The notes: generated by a model not told the origin, from the letters alone. A stretch of DNA of 64,000 nucleotides from an uncultured Aestuariivirga sp. (GCA_964408555.1 CAYOZR010000001.1:1416-65415); one strand, 5' to 3'; counted from the first letter of the stretch, positions 19,101 to 28,929 are shown. Made by a program: numbers and translations.

Positions 19101-19641
19101 CTCGGCGCTCGCCGATGCCGTGGCGCGCTCCCTGTTCAAGCTGATGGCCTATAAGGACGAGTATGAAGTGGCGCGGCTCTATACGGACGGCGCCTTCGCG
19201 CAATCGCTGAAATCGCGCTTCACTGGCGACTACAAGCTCAATTTCCACCTGGCGCCGCCCATCCTCGGGCGCCGCGACGGCTTCACCGGCAAGCCGGCCA
19301 AGTCCATCTTCGGGCCGTGGATGATGACGACATTCAAGCTCCTGGCGCGGCTCAAGGGTTTGCGCGGCACCGCCTTCGATGTCTTCGGTTACACGGCCGA
19401 GCGGCGGCGGGAGCGCGCGCTGATCGGCACTTACAAGGTAATGATCGCGGCGCTGCTGCCTTCGCTCGCCGCCGCCAATCACGCGCTGGCGGTGGAGATT
19501 GCCGCGATCCCGGAACAGATACGCGGCTACGGCCATGTCAAGGACGAGAGCATCCGCCGCGCCAGGTCGCGGGAGACGGAATTGCTGGCGCGCTTCGGCC
19601 AAAAATCCGCGGAGGCAGCCAGGGCGCTGGCGGCGGAATAA
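16156..19641 (+). CDS. Fused indolepyruvate:ferredoxin oxidoreductase family protein
   Basis: GYRGSP, WYGKGPGVDR, FCAGCPH, GDGTYNHSG TPP motif, CEGCGDC ferredoxin motif, GIGGTGV, YKDEYEVAR; start uncertain (16144/16156/16174). Confidence 0.93.
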   Translation: MLEKPAMAKTVHSLADKYDLAKTRVFLTGPQAIVRLALMQAERDRQSGLNTAGYVTGYRGSPVGTVDNQFMGARALLEPRHIKFEAGLNEDLAATALWGSQQAEMRGEGKFDGVFGIWYGKGPGVDRSGDVFRHANMAGSSRHGGVLVLAGDDHSAESSTVAHASDVALSDAMFPVLTPAGVQEIIDYGLIGFALSRYAGVWAGLKCVHDTVESAAVVETAPERGRTVIPRDHKLPADGLNIRPSDDRVVQEERLHAQKIPAVLAFARANSLNAVVMQGGKSARIGIVAAGKSYLDVRQALDDLGLDEAAAARIGVRLLKIGMVWPLEPEIVRDFARGLDTIMVVEEKRSLIEAQLRDVLYGEKHRPVVIGKTDESGNPLFPAFGVLEPNRIAAALGSRIKDRAVKACASALQSRGTTARNQADLVQRVPYFCAGCPHNSSTVLPEGARGYAGIGCHWLAQFVPGRKTEGATQMGGEGANWVGEAPFSKRSHVFQNIGDGTYNHSGLMAIRHAVNSGVNITYKILFNDAVAMTGGQSNDGGLTVPQIAQQMRSIGVERIAVVSDEPDKYPADAGFPRFVSFHHRDELQAVQTGMMGVSGASVIIYDQTCAAEKRRRRRKGSFPDPNRRVFINELVCEGCGDCGVQSNCVAIMPVETEFGRKRQIDQSVCNKDFSCLKGFCPSFVTVEGGELVMPVAAPAIDAETVPFPVLAEPELPALTRPWSILVTGIGGTGVVTIGHILGQAAHIEGKGAALIDMVGISQKNGAVVTHVKIAGRPEDIAAVRVAQGGADLILGCDLVTSASERILAGASRQRTHAVINEHESMPAQFTHNADFNLPGERLALRIAASVREDGFHAVDATGIAKALTGDSIAANLFTLGYAWQKGLVPIGAAAIEEAVRLNGVAVKMNLQAFLWGRRAAADEKAVRAVIGAKASPPPPSLDDVIARRVAFLTGYQNAAYARSYADVVATVRAAEAALPGKRSALADAVARSLFKLMAYKDEYEVARLYTDGAFAQSLKSRFTGDYKLNFHLAPPILGRRDGFTGKPAKSIFGPWMMTTFKLLARLKGLRGTAFDVFGYTAERRRERALIGTYKVMIAALLPSLAAANHALAVEIAAIPEQIRGYGHVKDESIRRARSRETELLARFGQKSAEAARALAAE

Positions 19642-20556
19642 TCAGCGCCGCCGGTTGAGCCGGCCGATGACATTGCAGGCGATGCGCGCGGCGGTGAAGG
19701 CGGAAGTACCGCTGCGGTCCTTGGCGGCCACGAATTCGACCATGGCGAAGCCGGCGATGCGCGCCTTGGCCGCCACCCCGGCAATGAGCCCGGTCGCTTG
19801 CGTATAGGTGAGGCCGCCCGGCGAAGGATAGGCGACCGCCGGCATCTGCGAGACGTCGAGCGCATCGCAATCGAGGCTGATCAGGCAACCGGAATCCTCG
19901 GGGATGTGGGCCAGCACGGCGCCCAGCCCATCGCGGTGGATGTCTCTTGCGGTGACGATGTGGGCTCCCCACTGGCGCGCGTCCATGACGTCCTGGGGGC
20001 GGGCGCTGCCGAGGCCGCGGGCGCCCGCCTGAACGATGCGCCAGACATGGGACTGCTCGGAAGCCCGCCGCATGGTGCTGGAAAAACCGTGGGGCTCGCC
20101 GTAGCGCTCGTCGCGCCAGTCGATATGGGCGTCGATCTGCAGGATGGTGATGGGCGGGCCGCCGGCGAAGGCGGCGATGAAGGGAATGGGGGTCGAATCG
20201 TCGCCGCCGAACATGATGGGAATGGCGCCGGCATCGAGAATGCGTTTGGTGCAGTCTTCGATGCGCTTGCGGTTGCCCGTGCCGTCCTTCGGCCGGGTGG
20301 CGAGATCGCCGAGGTCGGCGAGGCGGAAGCCACCCTCCAGCAGTGTGCCACCCAAATCGTAGTCCCAATGATCGAGCCATTCGGCGTCACCGGCAAGGGC
20401 GGCGCGAAAGGCCTTCGCCGATCCGGCGTGAACGCGATTGTCGATACCCTCATAGGGTGTGCCGTGCGGCGCGCCGAAGATGGCGGCATCGAAGCCCGCG
20501 GGCGTTTTCGATTGTTTGGCGCCCATGAAGGGAGTGCCGGCGGCGGTCTTGGTCAT
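19642..20556 (-). CDS. Arginase/agmatinase family ureohydrolase
   Basis: GGDDS, DAHIDW, SLDCDALD, PGGL motifs. Confidence 0.88.
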   Translation of the reverse strand: MTKTAAGTPFMGAKQSKTPAGFDAAIFGAPHGTPYEGIDNRVHAGSAKAFRAALAGDAEWLDHWDYDLGGTLLEGGFRLADLGDLATRPKDGTGNRKRIEDCTKRILDAGAIPIMFGGDDSTPIPFIAAFAGGPPITILQIDAHIDWRDERYGEPHGFSSTMRRASEQSHVWRIVQAGARGLGSARPQDVMDARQWGAHIVTARDIHRDGLGAVLAHIPEDSGCLISLDCDALDVSQMPAVAYPSPGGLTYTQATGLIAGVAAKARIAGFAMVEFVAAKDRSGTSAFTAARIACNVIGRLNRRR

Positions 20557-20564
20557 CGGGCGGC

Positions 20565-22424
20565 TCAAGCGGCGGCCGTCGCGGCGGCGGCCGGCGGCCG
20601 CACCGGTTCGGGCCAGGCGATGCGCCAGGCGGGCAGCAGCAGCGAAGCCGTCGTTCCGGAACCGGCCTGGCTTTCGATGGTCACGTTGCCGCCATGCAGC
20701 TGGGCAATCTTGCGGGCGATCGACAGGCCGAGGCCGACGCCGCCGAAGCGGCGCGCCATGCCTTCGTCGGCCTGCACGAAGGGCTCGAAAATGCGCTCGA
20801 GATCTTCCGGCTTGATGCCGATGCCGTCGTCGTGGACGGCGATTGCGAGGCCGCCGCCGGCGGCCCGCTCCAGGGCGACATCGACGAAACCGCCGGGCTT
20901 GGAAAATTTCGCCGCGTTGGCGATCAGGTTGATCAGCACCTGCTTGAGGCGGGTGATGTCGCCCTTGATCTCGATGCCGTCGACCACCCGCGCCACGATG
21001 ACGACATCGGCCCTTTCGGCCGCGTCGCGGCACATCTTGACGGCGACCTCGACGAGTTCGGCCGCGTCGATTTCCTGCTCGACCAGCGTGATGGTCCCCC
21101 TCTCGATCCGGGTGGCGTCGAGAATGTCGTCGATCAGCGTCTTGAGGTGGTTGCCGCTCGCGAGAATAGTCTTGAAATATTCGTTTCGTGCGGCGTCGCT
21201 CAGATAGTCGGCCTGGCTCGAGGCCAGCAACTGCGAGAAGCCGATGATCGAATTGAGCGGGGTGCGCAGTTCATGGCTCATCACCGACAGGATTTGCGAC
21301 TTGGAGGCGCTCGCCGCTTCGGCCGCCTCCTTGGCACGGATCAGTTGCTCCTTGGCTCTGCGATCCTCGGTGACGTCGCGGCCGACGCCGCGATAACCGA
21401 TGAATTCGCCATCGCTGCCGAACAGCGGACGGGCATCGACATGCCACCAGGCATGCTCACCGTCATGCACGACCTCGAGCTGGCAGCCGGAAATCGTCCG
21501 GCGTTTTGCCATCGCTTCGGCGAAGGCGGTCCAGCCGGCCCATCCGGGCGCGACGCCGGCCGCATCGGCAAGACCCCGCCGCTCGATGGCGGCGGCCGGC
21601 TGGTGCAGAACATCGCACAGGCGTTGCGAGAAATAGGTGAGGCGTCCGTCGCGATCGGTTTCCCACAGCCAGTCGCTGGCGCCCTGCTCGAAATCGTTGA
21701 GGAGCAGGGAAATGATGTCTTTCTGGCGCTGCACTTCCTGGCTGGCGACCGCATGCCGCAAAGCCAGGTGATGGTCGTACAAAACTAGGCTTGCCATGAC
21801 AAAGCCGTAGAGGATCGCAACGAACCCGAAGCTCAGGCCGATCTCTCCGCCGAGCTTGACCGAGGTGATCGATAGCGATCCTACGATGAGCGACGAGAAC
21901 AGGATGGCGGCGGTGGGGACGTACGCCAGGGCGTAGTAGCCGATGCCGGACATGGCGACGGCGAGAGCGACGACAAGAACCCGCATGTCGTGGTTCGCGG
22001 CATCGAAGAAAAGGGCGGGAAGCGAGGCCCAGACGAGACCCAGAGCCGCGGCACAACCTTCGGCCTGACGAATCGCACGGAGGGGCACGGACTTCCATTG
22101 GCGGTCTCGGTTGCGCCACCAGTAGAAGAGAAGCAGCATGGACGGGACGACCGCCGCCAAGGTCCACAACAGGACAGGCAGCGGAGCGAATCGATCGGCC
22201 GCCAGCCAGCCGAAGCCGAGTGCAATGCCGGCATTGGCGATGAGCAGCATCGGCGAGGCGTGGAGCACCGACGCAATCTGTGCGGCGCGAAAGACGCCGA
22301 GATCGACGGTTGCAGCCGACACCGGATGATCGAGGTCGGAAAAGGCAAGATCGGCCGGCCGGTCGACCGTGCCGGTAAGATGGCGCAACAGGGCGCTTTC
22401 CTGTCCGCCGGCGATTATAACCAT
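20565..22424 (-). CDS. Membrane PAS sensor histidine kinase (orphan)
   Basis: Several TM helices, PAS (DWLWETD), MSHELRTPLN, NLIANAAKF, DDGIG, GVGLGL; start uncertain. Confidence 0.9.
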   Translation of the reverse strand: MVIIAGGQESALLRHLTGTVDRPADLAFSDLDHPVSAATVDLGVFRAAQIASVLHASPMLLIANAGIALGFGWLAADRFAPLPVLLWTLAAVVPSMLLLFYWWRNRDRQWKSVPLRAIRQAEGCAAALGLVWASLPALFFDAANHDMRVLVVALAVAMSGIGYYALAYVPTAAILFSSLIVGSLSITSVKLGGEIGLSFGFVAILYGFVMASLVLYDHHLALRHAVASQEVQRQKDIISLLLNDFEQGASDWLWETDRDGRLTYFSQRLCDVLHQPAAAIERRGLADAAGVAPGWAGWTAFAEAMAKRRTISGCQLEVVHDGEHAWWHVDARPLFGSDGEFIGYRGVGRDVTEDRRAKEQLIRAKEAAEAASASKSQILSVMSHELRTPLNSIIGFSQLLASSQADYLSDAARNEYFKTILASGNHLKTLIDDILDATRIERGTITLVEQEIDAAELVEVAVKMCRDAAERADVVIVARVVDGIEIKGDITRLKQVLINLIANAAKFSKPGGFVDVALERAAGGGLAIAVHDDGIGIKPEDLERIFEPFVQADEGMARRFGGVGLGLSIARKIAQLHGGNVTIESQAGSGTTASLLLPAWRIAWPEPVRPPAAAATAAA

Positions 22425-22544
22425 GAGAGCGACCGCTCCACTTCTCCGCAGCGGCAGAATTATCGGCCTATTGCATTGGCAAGGGGTTAACGGACATATG
22501 CGTGGCAGCCGGCCGAAAGTCTTGCAACGAGATTGCCCACAGCC

Positions 22545-23588
22545 ATGCCACACGCGTCCGCTTCAGCCCCCCTCCCTTCCGATCATCCTTCTGTAAATAT
22601 TGGTAAAATCGGCGTTCTCCTGATCAATCTCGGAACCCCGGAGGCGACCTCCTATTGGCCGATGCGGCGGTATCTCAAGGAGTTTCTCTCCGACCGCCGG
22701 GTGATCGAAGTTAACCGGGCATTGTGGTGGGTCATCCTCAACGCCATCATCCTCACGACGCGGCCGCGCAAGAGCGGACATGCCTATGACAAGATCTGGA
22801 ACCGGGTACTGGATGAATCGCCGCTGAAGACCGTAACCCGGTCGCAGGCGAGGCTCCTGGCGGAAACTATGCGCGGCCATCCCGAAATCGTCGTCGATTG
22901 GGCCATGCGTTACGGCGAACCCGCCACCGGCGGCCGCATCAGGGCGCTGAAGCAACAGGGCTGCGACCGCATCGTGCTGTTTCCCCTCTATCCGCAATAC
23001 AGCGCCGCCACGACCGCCACGGCCCTTGATAAATCCTACGACACATTGAAGCAGATGCGCTGGCAGCCGGCCATCCGCACGGTGCCGCCCTACTACGATC
23101 ATCCGGCCCATATCGAGGCGCTGGCCAAGAGCCTCGACCGGCACCTCAAATCGCTCGACTGGAGGCCGGATCGCATCCTGGCGTCGTTCCACGGCTTGCC
23201 GAAGGACTATTTCACGGCGGGCGATCCCTATCACTGCCATTGCATGAAGACGGCGCGGCTGCTGGCCGGGAAACTGAAATTGCCGCGCGGCCTGCTGCAG
23301 GTGGTGTTCCAATCGCGTTTCGGACGGGCCGAATGGCTGCGGCCCTATGCCCAGGACACGGTCGAGGCGCTGCCCGGGCAGGGGATCAAGAATCTGGTGG
23401 TGATCATGCCGGGCTTCGCCGCCGACTGCGTCGAGACTCTGGAAGAGGTGGCGATCGGCCTGGCCGGGACGTTCCGGGAGAAGGGTGGCGAAAAGTTTTC
23501 GGTGGTGCCTTGCCTCAACGATTCTCCGGCATCGATCAAGATGCTGGAAACCATCGTGCTGGGCGAGCTGGCCGGCTGGATCGATTAG
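22545..23588 (+). CDS. hemH: Ferrochelatase
   Basis: LINLGTP, LYPQYS, SFHGLP, QSRFG, DCVETLEE. Confidence 0.96.
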   Translation: MPHASASAPLPSDHPSVNIGKIGVLLINLGTPEATSYWPMRRYLKEFLSDRRVIEVNRALWWVILNAIILTTRPRKSGHAYDKIWNRVLDESPLKTVTRSQARLLAETMRGHPEIVVDWAMRYGEPATGGRIRALKQQGCDRIVLFPLYPQYSAATTATALDKSYDTLKQMRWQPAIRTVPPYYDHPAHIEALAKSLDRHLKSLDWRPDRILASFHGLPKDYFTAGDPYHCHCMKTARLLAGKLKLPRGLLQVVFQSRFGRAEWLRPYAQDTVEALPGQGIKNLVVIMPGFAADCVETLEEVAIGLAGTFREKGGEKFSVVPCLNDSPASIKMLETIVLGELAGWID

Positions 23589-23589
23589 G

Positions 23590-23715
23590 ACTTGCCGCGG
23601 AAGGCCCGGGATCGAGGACATGATCTGGGATGTGACGGGCCCCGACATGTCCCAAGGCGCGCGCATCAAGGTGACGGGCGTCGACAGGCTGCGGCTGACG
23701 GTGGCGCCGGATTAA
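23590..23715 (+). pseudogene. C-terminal remnant of an NfeD family gene
   Basis: Translates GRPGIEDMIWDVTGPDMSQGARIKVTGVDRLRLTVAPD*, an NfeD OB-fold C-terminus; no N-terminus. Confidence 0.65.
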
Positions 23716-24716
23716 GTCACGCCGAGGCGCAGGAGATCGTGGATGTGGATGAGGCCGAGCGGCTTCTGTTTGGCATCGACGACGAACAGGCTGGTGATCT
23801 TGGCGGCGTTCAGCGATACAAGCGCTTCCGATGTCAAGGCATCGGGATCGATGGTCTTGGGCGAGCGTGTCATGACATCGCCGACCAGCTGATCGACGAG
23901 ATCGCGGCTCATGTGGCGGCGCAAGTCGCCGTCGGTGACGATGCCGGTGAGGTAGCCCGCGGCATCGACCACGCCGAGGCAGCCGTAGCTCTTGGCGGTC
24001 ATGACGACGAGGGCGTCGGACATCGGCATGTCGGGCGGCACCAGCGGCAGTTCGGACTTGCGGTGCATCACATCGCGCACATGCATGAGCTGGGCGCCGA
24101 GCTTGCCGCCGGGATGAAAATTGTGGAAATCCTTGGCGGTGAAGCCCTTGTCCTCGAGCAGTGCGATCGCCAGCGCGTCGCAAAGGGCCATTTGCAGCAG
24201 GGTAGAAGTCGTTGGCGCCAGCCCGATGGGACAGGCTTCCTTCGCCCGCGGCAGTGGCAGCACCACATTGGCCTCGTGGGCGATGGTCGAGTCGATGCGC
24301 GTCGTGACCGCGATGAGCGGCACCGAGAAGCGGCGGGCATAGGTGAGTATGGCGCGAAGCTCCGGCGATTCGCCGGAATTCGAAATCATGATGATGACGT
24401 CGTCGGCGGTGATCATGCCGAGATCGCCGTGGCTGGCTTCCGCCGGATGGACGAAGATGGCCGGCGTTCCGGTCGAGGCAAGGGTTGCCGCCGCCTTGCG
24501 CCCGACATGACCGCTCTTGCCCATGCCGGTGAGGATGACGCGGCCCCTGGCGGCCCGGATCAGTTCGACCGCATCGGCGACGGCTTCACCCAGGGCGCCG
24601 TCGATGGCTTCGACGAGGCTTGCCATGCCTTGGGTTTCGGTTTCGAGCGCCAGCCGGGCCGATGCCCGCCACTGGGCCCGCGAGGAAGCGGGTTTCTTCA
24701 AGGGACTCACTGACAT
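23712..24716 (-). CDS. kdsD: KpsF/GutQ arabinose-5-phosphate isomerase (SIS + CBS)
   Basis: GMGKSGH, HPAEASHGDLG, APTTST, FHPGGKLG, CBS pair. Confidence 0.93.
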   Translation of the reverse strand: MSVSPLKKPASSRAQWRASARLALETETQGMASLVEAIDGALGEAVADAVELIRAARGRVILTGMGKSGHVGRKAAATLASTGTPAIFVHPAEASHGDLGMITADDVIIMISNSGESPELRAILTYARRFSVPLIAVTTRIDSTIAHEANVVLPLPRAKEACPIGLAPTTSTLLQMALCDALAIALLEDKGFTAKDFHNFHPGGKLGAQLMHVRDVMHRKSELPLVPPDMPMSDALVVMTAKSYGCLGVVDAAGYLTGIVTDGDLRRHMSRDLVDQLVGDVMTRSPKTIDPDALTSEALVSLNAAKITSLFVVDAKQKPLGLIHIHDLLRLGVT

Positions 24717-24819
24717 GTGGGCAAACTAGGCGGTCGCGGCGGAAAAGGGAAGCGGACCAACCGGCCCGCCATGCCGGCCGCCCATTCGCCAACTTTTTTC
24801 CTACACTCCCTGATAATTT

Positions 24820-24834
24820 GTTCCTACTATGTTC
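24820..24834. promoter_or_regulatory. Alphaproteobacterial LexA (SOS) box
   Basis: GTTC-CTACTAT-GTTC exact GTTC-N7-GTTC match in an AT-rich intergenic stretch. Confidence 0.6.
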
Positions 24835-25400
24835 TATTTGTCCCGTCTCCTACCCAAGGAGTAGGACTAGCATTTAGGCATGGCCGCCAATCTATTGATA
24901 TTGCTTGCATTGCTGCAGACTATCGAGTCCCTCCCACCTAGGGGTAGCGAATAGGTAGCAGCCTGAGATCCACCCTGTTGCCGGCCGATTTTGAAAACCT
25001 ACTAATCTCTCTAGAATGCAAGATGGGCCAATATGCGACGGGTGGACGGCGTCGACATAGAATTCCTCCTCAGTTCAAGCTCTCCGTATGTGCCGTGCCA
25101 TCCATTTACGTCACAGTGAGCTGCAAAGCGACGTAGAGCATGACCAATAAGATTATTGACGAGACTTCCATTTACGTATCCGAACATTGCGCCAAACCGC
25201 CTCCCACAAGGCGGGCTTCGCCGGACGCTCACAATTGGTCGGCTTCGAGAGCAGCGTTGGCATGTGCTGGTCTCTCGCGAAGTTTCCAGCTGCGACCGAG
25301 TTTTCGTGGAATCGATATGTGGCAAAAGTAGCCATTCGCCAGATGTCGGCGCATTGGCAGCTTATGAGTTCAGTCTTTGCCGAGCTGCTGGGGGGCCGTA

Positions 25401-26060
25401 CTACCTTCCTTGAAGGATGCTGTTACCAGCCCTCAGCGATGGTCTCAGCCGAGGCTTTCCAGTGTAACCACCGCGGTGACCGCGAAGTTCATATCGCCAT
25501 TTCTGTGTCAACCCTGGCGGCGGACAGGACAGTCCCAATGAGAATAGATCGGGCGGACTAAAGAAACCTGGTTTGAAGCGAATCCGGAATTCAATGTCGA
25601 TGAAGTCATCGGTGACATGGGCATAAGTCTTGATAACCGTCGCCATGGTGACATGACCGAGCTGCCGGGCAACGACAATCGGCGACGCACCGGCCTGAAG
25701 CAGAAGGGAGGCGTAGGTGTGCCTCAGGGAATGAAAGACGATGCTGTCGGAGTACCGCAGTTTCCGGCATAGCCGGCGGAAGCGCTTTGCAACATAAGTG
25801 GAATTCCAGGCAGCGCCGTCATCGCGAACGAGAAGGGGTGCGTCCTCGCCTCGGCCGAATGCAAGGGAACCAAAGAAATCGTAGCCCTCATCCGGGAGGG
25901 CAATCGTCCTTCCGCGATAGTTCTTGAGAGGATGAACGTAGAGAGCCTTACGCGTCGAATGGAGGTAGCCCGCACGCATCAGTGGCTGGACGAACGCGGC
26001 GTCGCTGCCGTGGCACCGCCTGCGACTCGGCAGAGTGCGACTGAGGGGATGGAAGGCCAT
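25401..26060 (-). pseudogene. Degenerate tyrosine integrase (C-terminal catalytic part)
   Basis: FHSLRHTYASLL...ARQLGH...TYAH; first Arg box and N-terminal domains missing or frameshifted. Confidence 0.8.
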
Positions 26061-26190
26061 CGCCGTGTAGCGGCTTTGCGCCTTGATCGCGCTGGAATAT
26101 TACGGCAATACTCTGGATGGCCAATTGGCATGTTGAGGAAAGGACGCGGGCAGGCCCCGAACCGCAACATGGGGCTTCTGCAGGTGATCA

Positions 26191-27708
26191 ATGAGCATAC
26201 AAGCCCCCTCCGCTGTCCAATTGCGCAGAATGGCAGCGAAATTCGGCTTGGAGCTGACCGACGCAGAACTCGCCGCCTTCACGACTCTCGCCGTCGGGCT
26301 CACCGCAACCTATGATCGACTGGACGAATTGCCTGAACCGCGGCTTCCGGTTCGCTATCCGCGAACGTCAGGGCGCCCGCCCAAGCCTGATGAAAATCCC
26401 TACAATGCCTGGGCCTGGGTGAGCGACATCGAGGGCGCCCCCACCGGGGTGCTCCAGGGTGTGCGTGTTGGGGTCAAGGACAATATCTGCGTCGCTGGCC
26501 AGCCAATGCGGAACGGCAATCGGATACTCGAAAGTTTCATTCCGGACATTGATGCGACGGTGGTCACGCGCATTCTCGATGCGGGCGGCATCATCGCCGG
26601 CAAGACGGTTTGCGAGGATCTGTGCTTTTCGGGCCATAGCCACACGAGCCAACCAGTGCCGGTCAGGAATCCGCTTGACCCGACGCGGTCGGCCGGCGGG
26701 TCTTCGAGCGGCAGCGGCGCGGCCATCGCTGCCGGTGACGTTTCCATGTGCCTCGGCGCCGATCAGGGCGGTTCCATCCGCATGCCCGCGAGCTGGTGCG
26801 GTGTCGTGGGGCTCAAGGCGACGCATGGGCTTGTGCCCTATACAGGCGTGTTCCCAATCGAGCCAACCATCGATCATGTCGGTCCGATGGGGCGGACAGT
26901 CGAGGATGTTGTTCGGCTCCTCACGGTCATCGCAGGGCCGGACGGCCTTGATCCGCGTCAGGCGGGGGTCGTGACGCAGGACTATCTCGCGGCAGTCAGA
27001 ACGCCGCTCAAAGGGCTCAGGGTCGGCGTAGTGCTGGAAGGATTCGACCGACCTGAAAGCGAGCAGGTGAGCGATCTCAAGGTAAAGCAAGCTCTCAAGG
27101 AACTCGCCGCAGCTGGCGCGCTCATCGAAGATATCTCAATCCCCTGGCATCTCGATGGCTATCATGTCTATACTCCTATCATAATGGAGGGGGCGACCGA
27201 GATCATGCTTAAGGGTAACAGCATGGGCTACGGTTGGCAGGGGTATTACACTACATGCCTTCTGGAAGCCTGGGCGCGGGGCTGGCGCTCGCGGCCGGAT
27301 GACCTTCCTGAAACCGCCAAATTCGTGCTGCTGTTTAGCGAGTACATGCACGAGAACTACCACGGCCGCTTCTATGCCAAGGCGCAGAATTTGCGCCGCG
27401 AGCTGCGCGCGGCCTATGATGATGCGCTCGAGCATTTCGACGTGCTCGCCATGCCGACCATACCTTTCCGCGCCCCACCCCTGCCAGAGGCGAATTGTGG
27501 GCTCGAGGAGTGGATCACGGTGGCGTTGAACATGGAGGGCAACACAGCGCCCTTCGACGTGAGCGGCCATCCGGCGATCTCGGTGCCCTGTGGGATGGAT
27601 GGCGGGCTTCCAGTGGGCCTCATGTTTGTCGCCAAGCGCTTCGACGAGGCGAGCGTGCTGCGGGCAGCGCGGGGCTTCGAACAGCTCGGCGACTGGCGGG
27701 AGATGTAG
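26191..27708 (+). CDS. Amidase signature family amidase (CX3C subgroup)
   Basis: GVKDNI, CEDLC, GGSSSGS, ADQGGSIRMPA. Confidence 0.93.
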   Translation: MSIQAPSAVQLRRMAAKFGLELTDAELAAFTTLAVGLTATYDRLDELPEPRLPVRYPRTSGRPPKPDENPYNAWAWVSDIEGAPTGVLQGVRVGVKDNICVAGQPMRNGNRILESFIPDIDATVVTRILDAGGIIAGKTVCEDLCFSGHSHTSQPVPVRNPLDPTRSAGGSSSGSGAAIAAGDVSMCLGADQGGSIRMPASWCGVVGLKATHGLVPYTGVFPIEPTIDHVGPMGRTVEDVVRLLTVIAGPDGLDPRQAGVVTQDYLAAVRTPLKGLRVGVVLEGFDRPESEQVSDLKVKQALKELAAAGALIEDISIPWHLDGYHVYTPIIMEGATEIMLKGNSMGYGWQGYYTTCLLEAWARGWRSRPDDLPETAKFVLLFSEYMHENYHGRFYAKAQNLRRELRAAYDDALEHFDVLAMPTIPFRAPPLPEANCGLEEWITVALNMEGNTAPFDVSGHPAISVPCGMDGGLPVGLMFVAKRFDEASVLRAARGFEQLGDWREM

Positions 27709-27755
27709 ACCTACGTGCCTCGGTTATCACAACAGCTCAACGGAGGAGACGAACC

Positions 27756-28862
27756 ATGTCCAACAATAGGCGTAGCCTGATCGCTCCATCGCGCAGGATG
27801 TTTATTTCAGGCGTCGCGGGCGCGACGGCGGTCGGTCTTACCGCACGCTTCGCGGGTTTAACCGCTCAGGCGGCTGTGGAGGGCCAGCTCAACATGATGG
27901 GCTGGGCGGACTACATCAGCCCAGACAACATCGTGGCCTGGGAGAAAGCCAACAACAGCAAGCTCGTCTATGACGCCTATGCAAGCAATGACGAGATGTA
28001 TTCCAAGCTTCAGCTCGCCCAGGGCAACAGCGGCTACGATCTCGGCATGAACACCGATTTCATGATCAAGCTGCTCATTGACAAGCAGCTCATCCAGAAA
28101 CTCGACAAGTCGTTGATTCCTAACATCGGCAACATCCGGCCGGAGTTCGCGCATCCCGATTTCGATCCGGAGAACGCCTATACGGTACCGAAAAGCGCGG
28201 GCTCCGAGGGCTTCATCTACGACAAGTCGGTCATCACTCGGCCGATGAAAAGCTGGGGCGACTTCCTCGAGGCGATCGAGAATGAAGCGAGCGGGCGCGT
28301 TTCGTTACTCGATGATCCGCTCGCTATCGCTCCGCTCTTCTGGTCGAAGGGCTTGTCGTGGAACACGACCGAAGAGGCCGCGCTCAAAGACGCCGAGCAG
28401 CGTGTTGAGACACTCGCCAAGCACATAAAGACCTTCAACTCCTATCCGGTGCAGGACGTCGCTTCCGGCTCCGTCCTCCTGGCACAGTGCTGGAACGGTA
28501 ACGCGAAGCAGGCAATAGATTCCTCCAAGAACGAGAATCTCGTCTTCGTTTATCCCGAGCCAAAATCCGAGCTGTGGCTCGACAGCTACCACCTTCCTGT
28601 GGGCGGTAAGAGTCTGAAAGCTGCGCATTCGTGGATCAATTTCGTGCTCGATCCCGAAGTGGGGGCGCGCGAGACCAGCTATACCGGTTTCCTATCGCCA
28701 GTGACGGGTGTCGAGAAACATCTCGATCCGAAGGTAGCGAATGATCCGCTCATCTTCCCACCGGCTGATGCGCTGCAGCGCGGTGAGCGGACCCAGAGGA
28801 ACGAGACCTATGACCGACGGATCGCGATCCTGACGACGTTCAAGGCAGCGGCAGCACAATAG
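27756..28862 (+). CDS. Polyamine-type ABC substrate-binding protein (PotD/PotF family), Tat signal
   Basis: SRRMF twin-Arg signal, WADYI, YASNDEM, GYDL, WLDSY; GGAGGAG SD. Confidence 0.88.
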   Translation: MSNNRRSLIAPSRRMFISGVAGATAVGLTARFAGLTAQAAVEGQLNMMGWADYISPDNIVAWEKANNSKLVYDAYASNDEMYSKLQLAQGNSGYDLGMNTDFMIKLLIDKQLIQKLDKSLIPNIGNIRPEFAHPDFDPENAYTVPKSAGSEGFIYDKSVITRPMKSWGDFLEAIENEASGRVSLLDDPLAIAPLFWSKGLSWNTTEEAALKDAEQRVETLAKHIKTFNSYPVQDVASGSVLLAQCWNGNAKQAIDSSKNENLVFVYPEPKSELWLDSYHLPVGGKSLKAAHSWINFVLDPEVGARETSYTGFLSPVTGVEKHLDPKVANDPLIFPPADALQRGERTQRNETYDRRIAILTTFKAAAAQ

Positions 28863-28877
28863 GAGACTATACGGAGT

Positions 28878-28906
28878 TGGGGCACCGAGGCACACTCGGT
28901 GCCCCA
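28878..28906 (+). terminator. Intercistronic hairpin after SBP gene
   Basis: Perfect 12-bp stem TGGGGCACCGAG/CTCGGTGCCCCA, 5-nt loop, no U-tract (mRNA-stabilising type). Confidence 0.6.
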
Positions 28907-28929
28907 TGACGTTCAAGGGTGAGGGGAAC

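Noticed and set aside
24915-24945. tRNA gene at the island boundary
   Set aside because: Only a short T-arm-like fragment; no D arm, anticodon arm or acceptor stem
25011-25400. Small ORFs left of the integrase remnant
   Set aside because: No recognisable motifs or SD; probably decayed sequence
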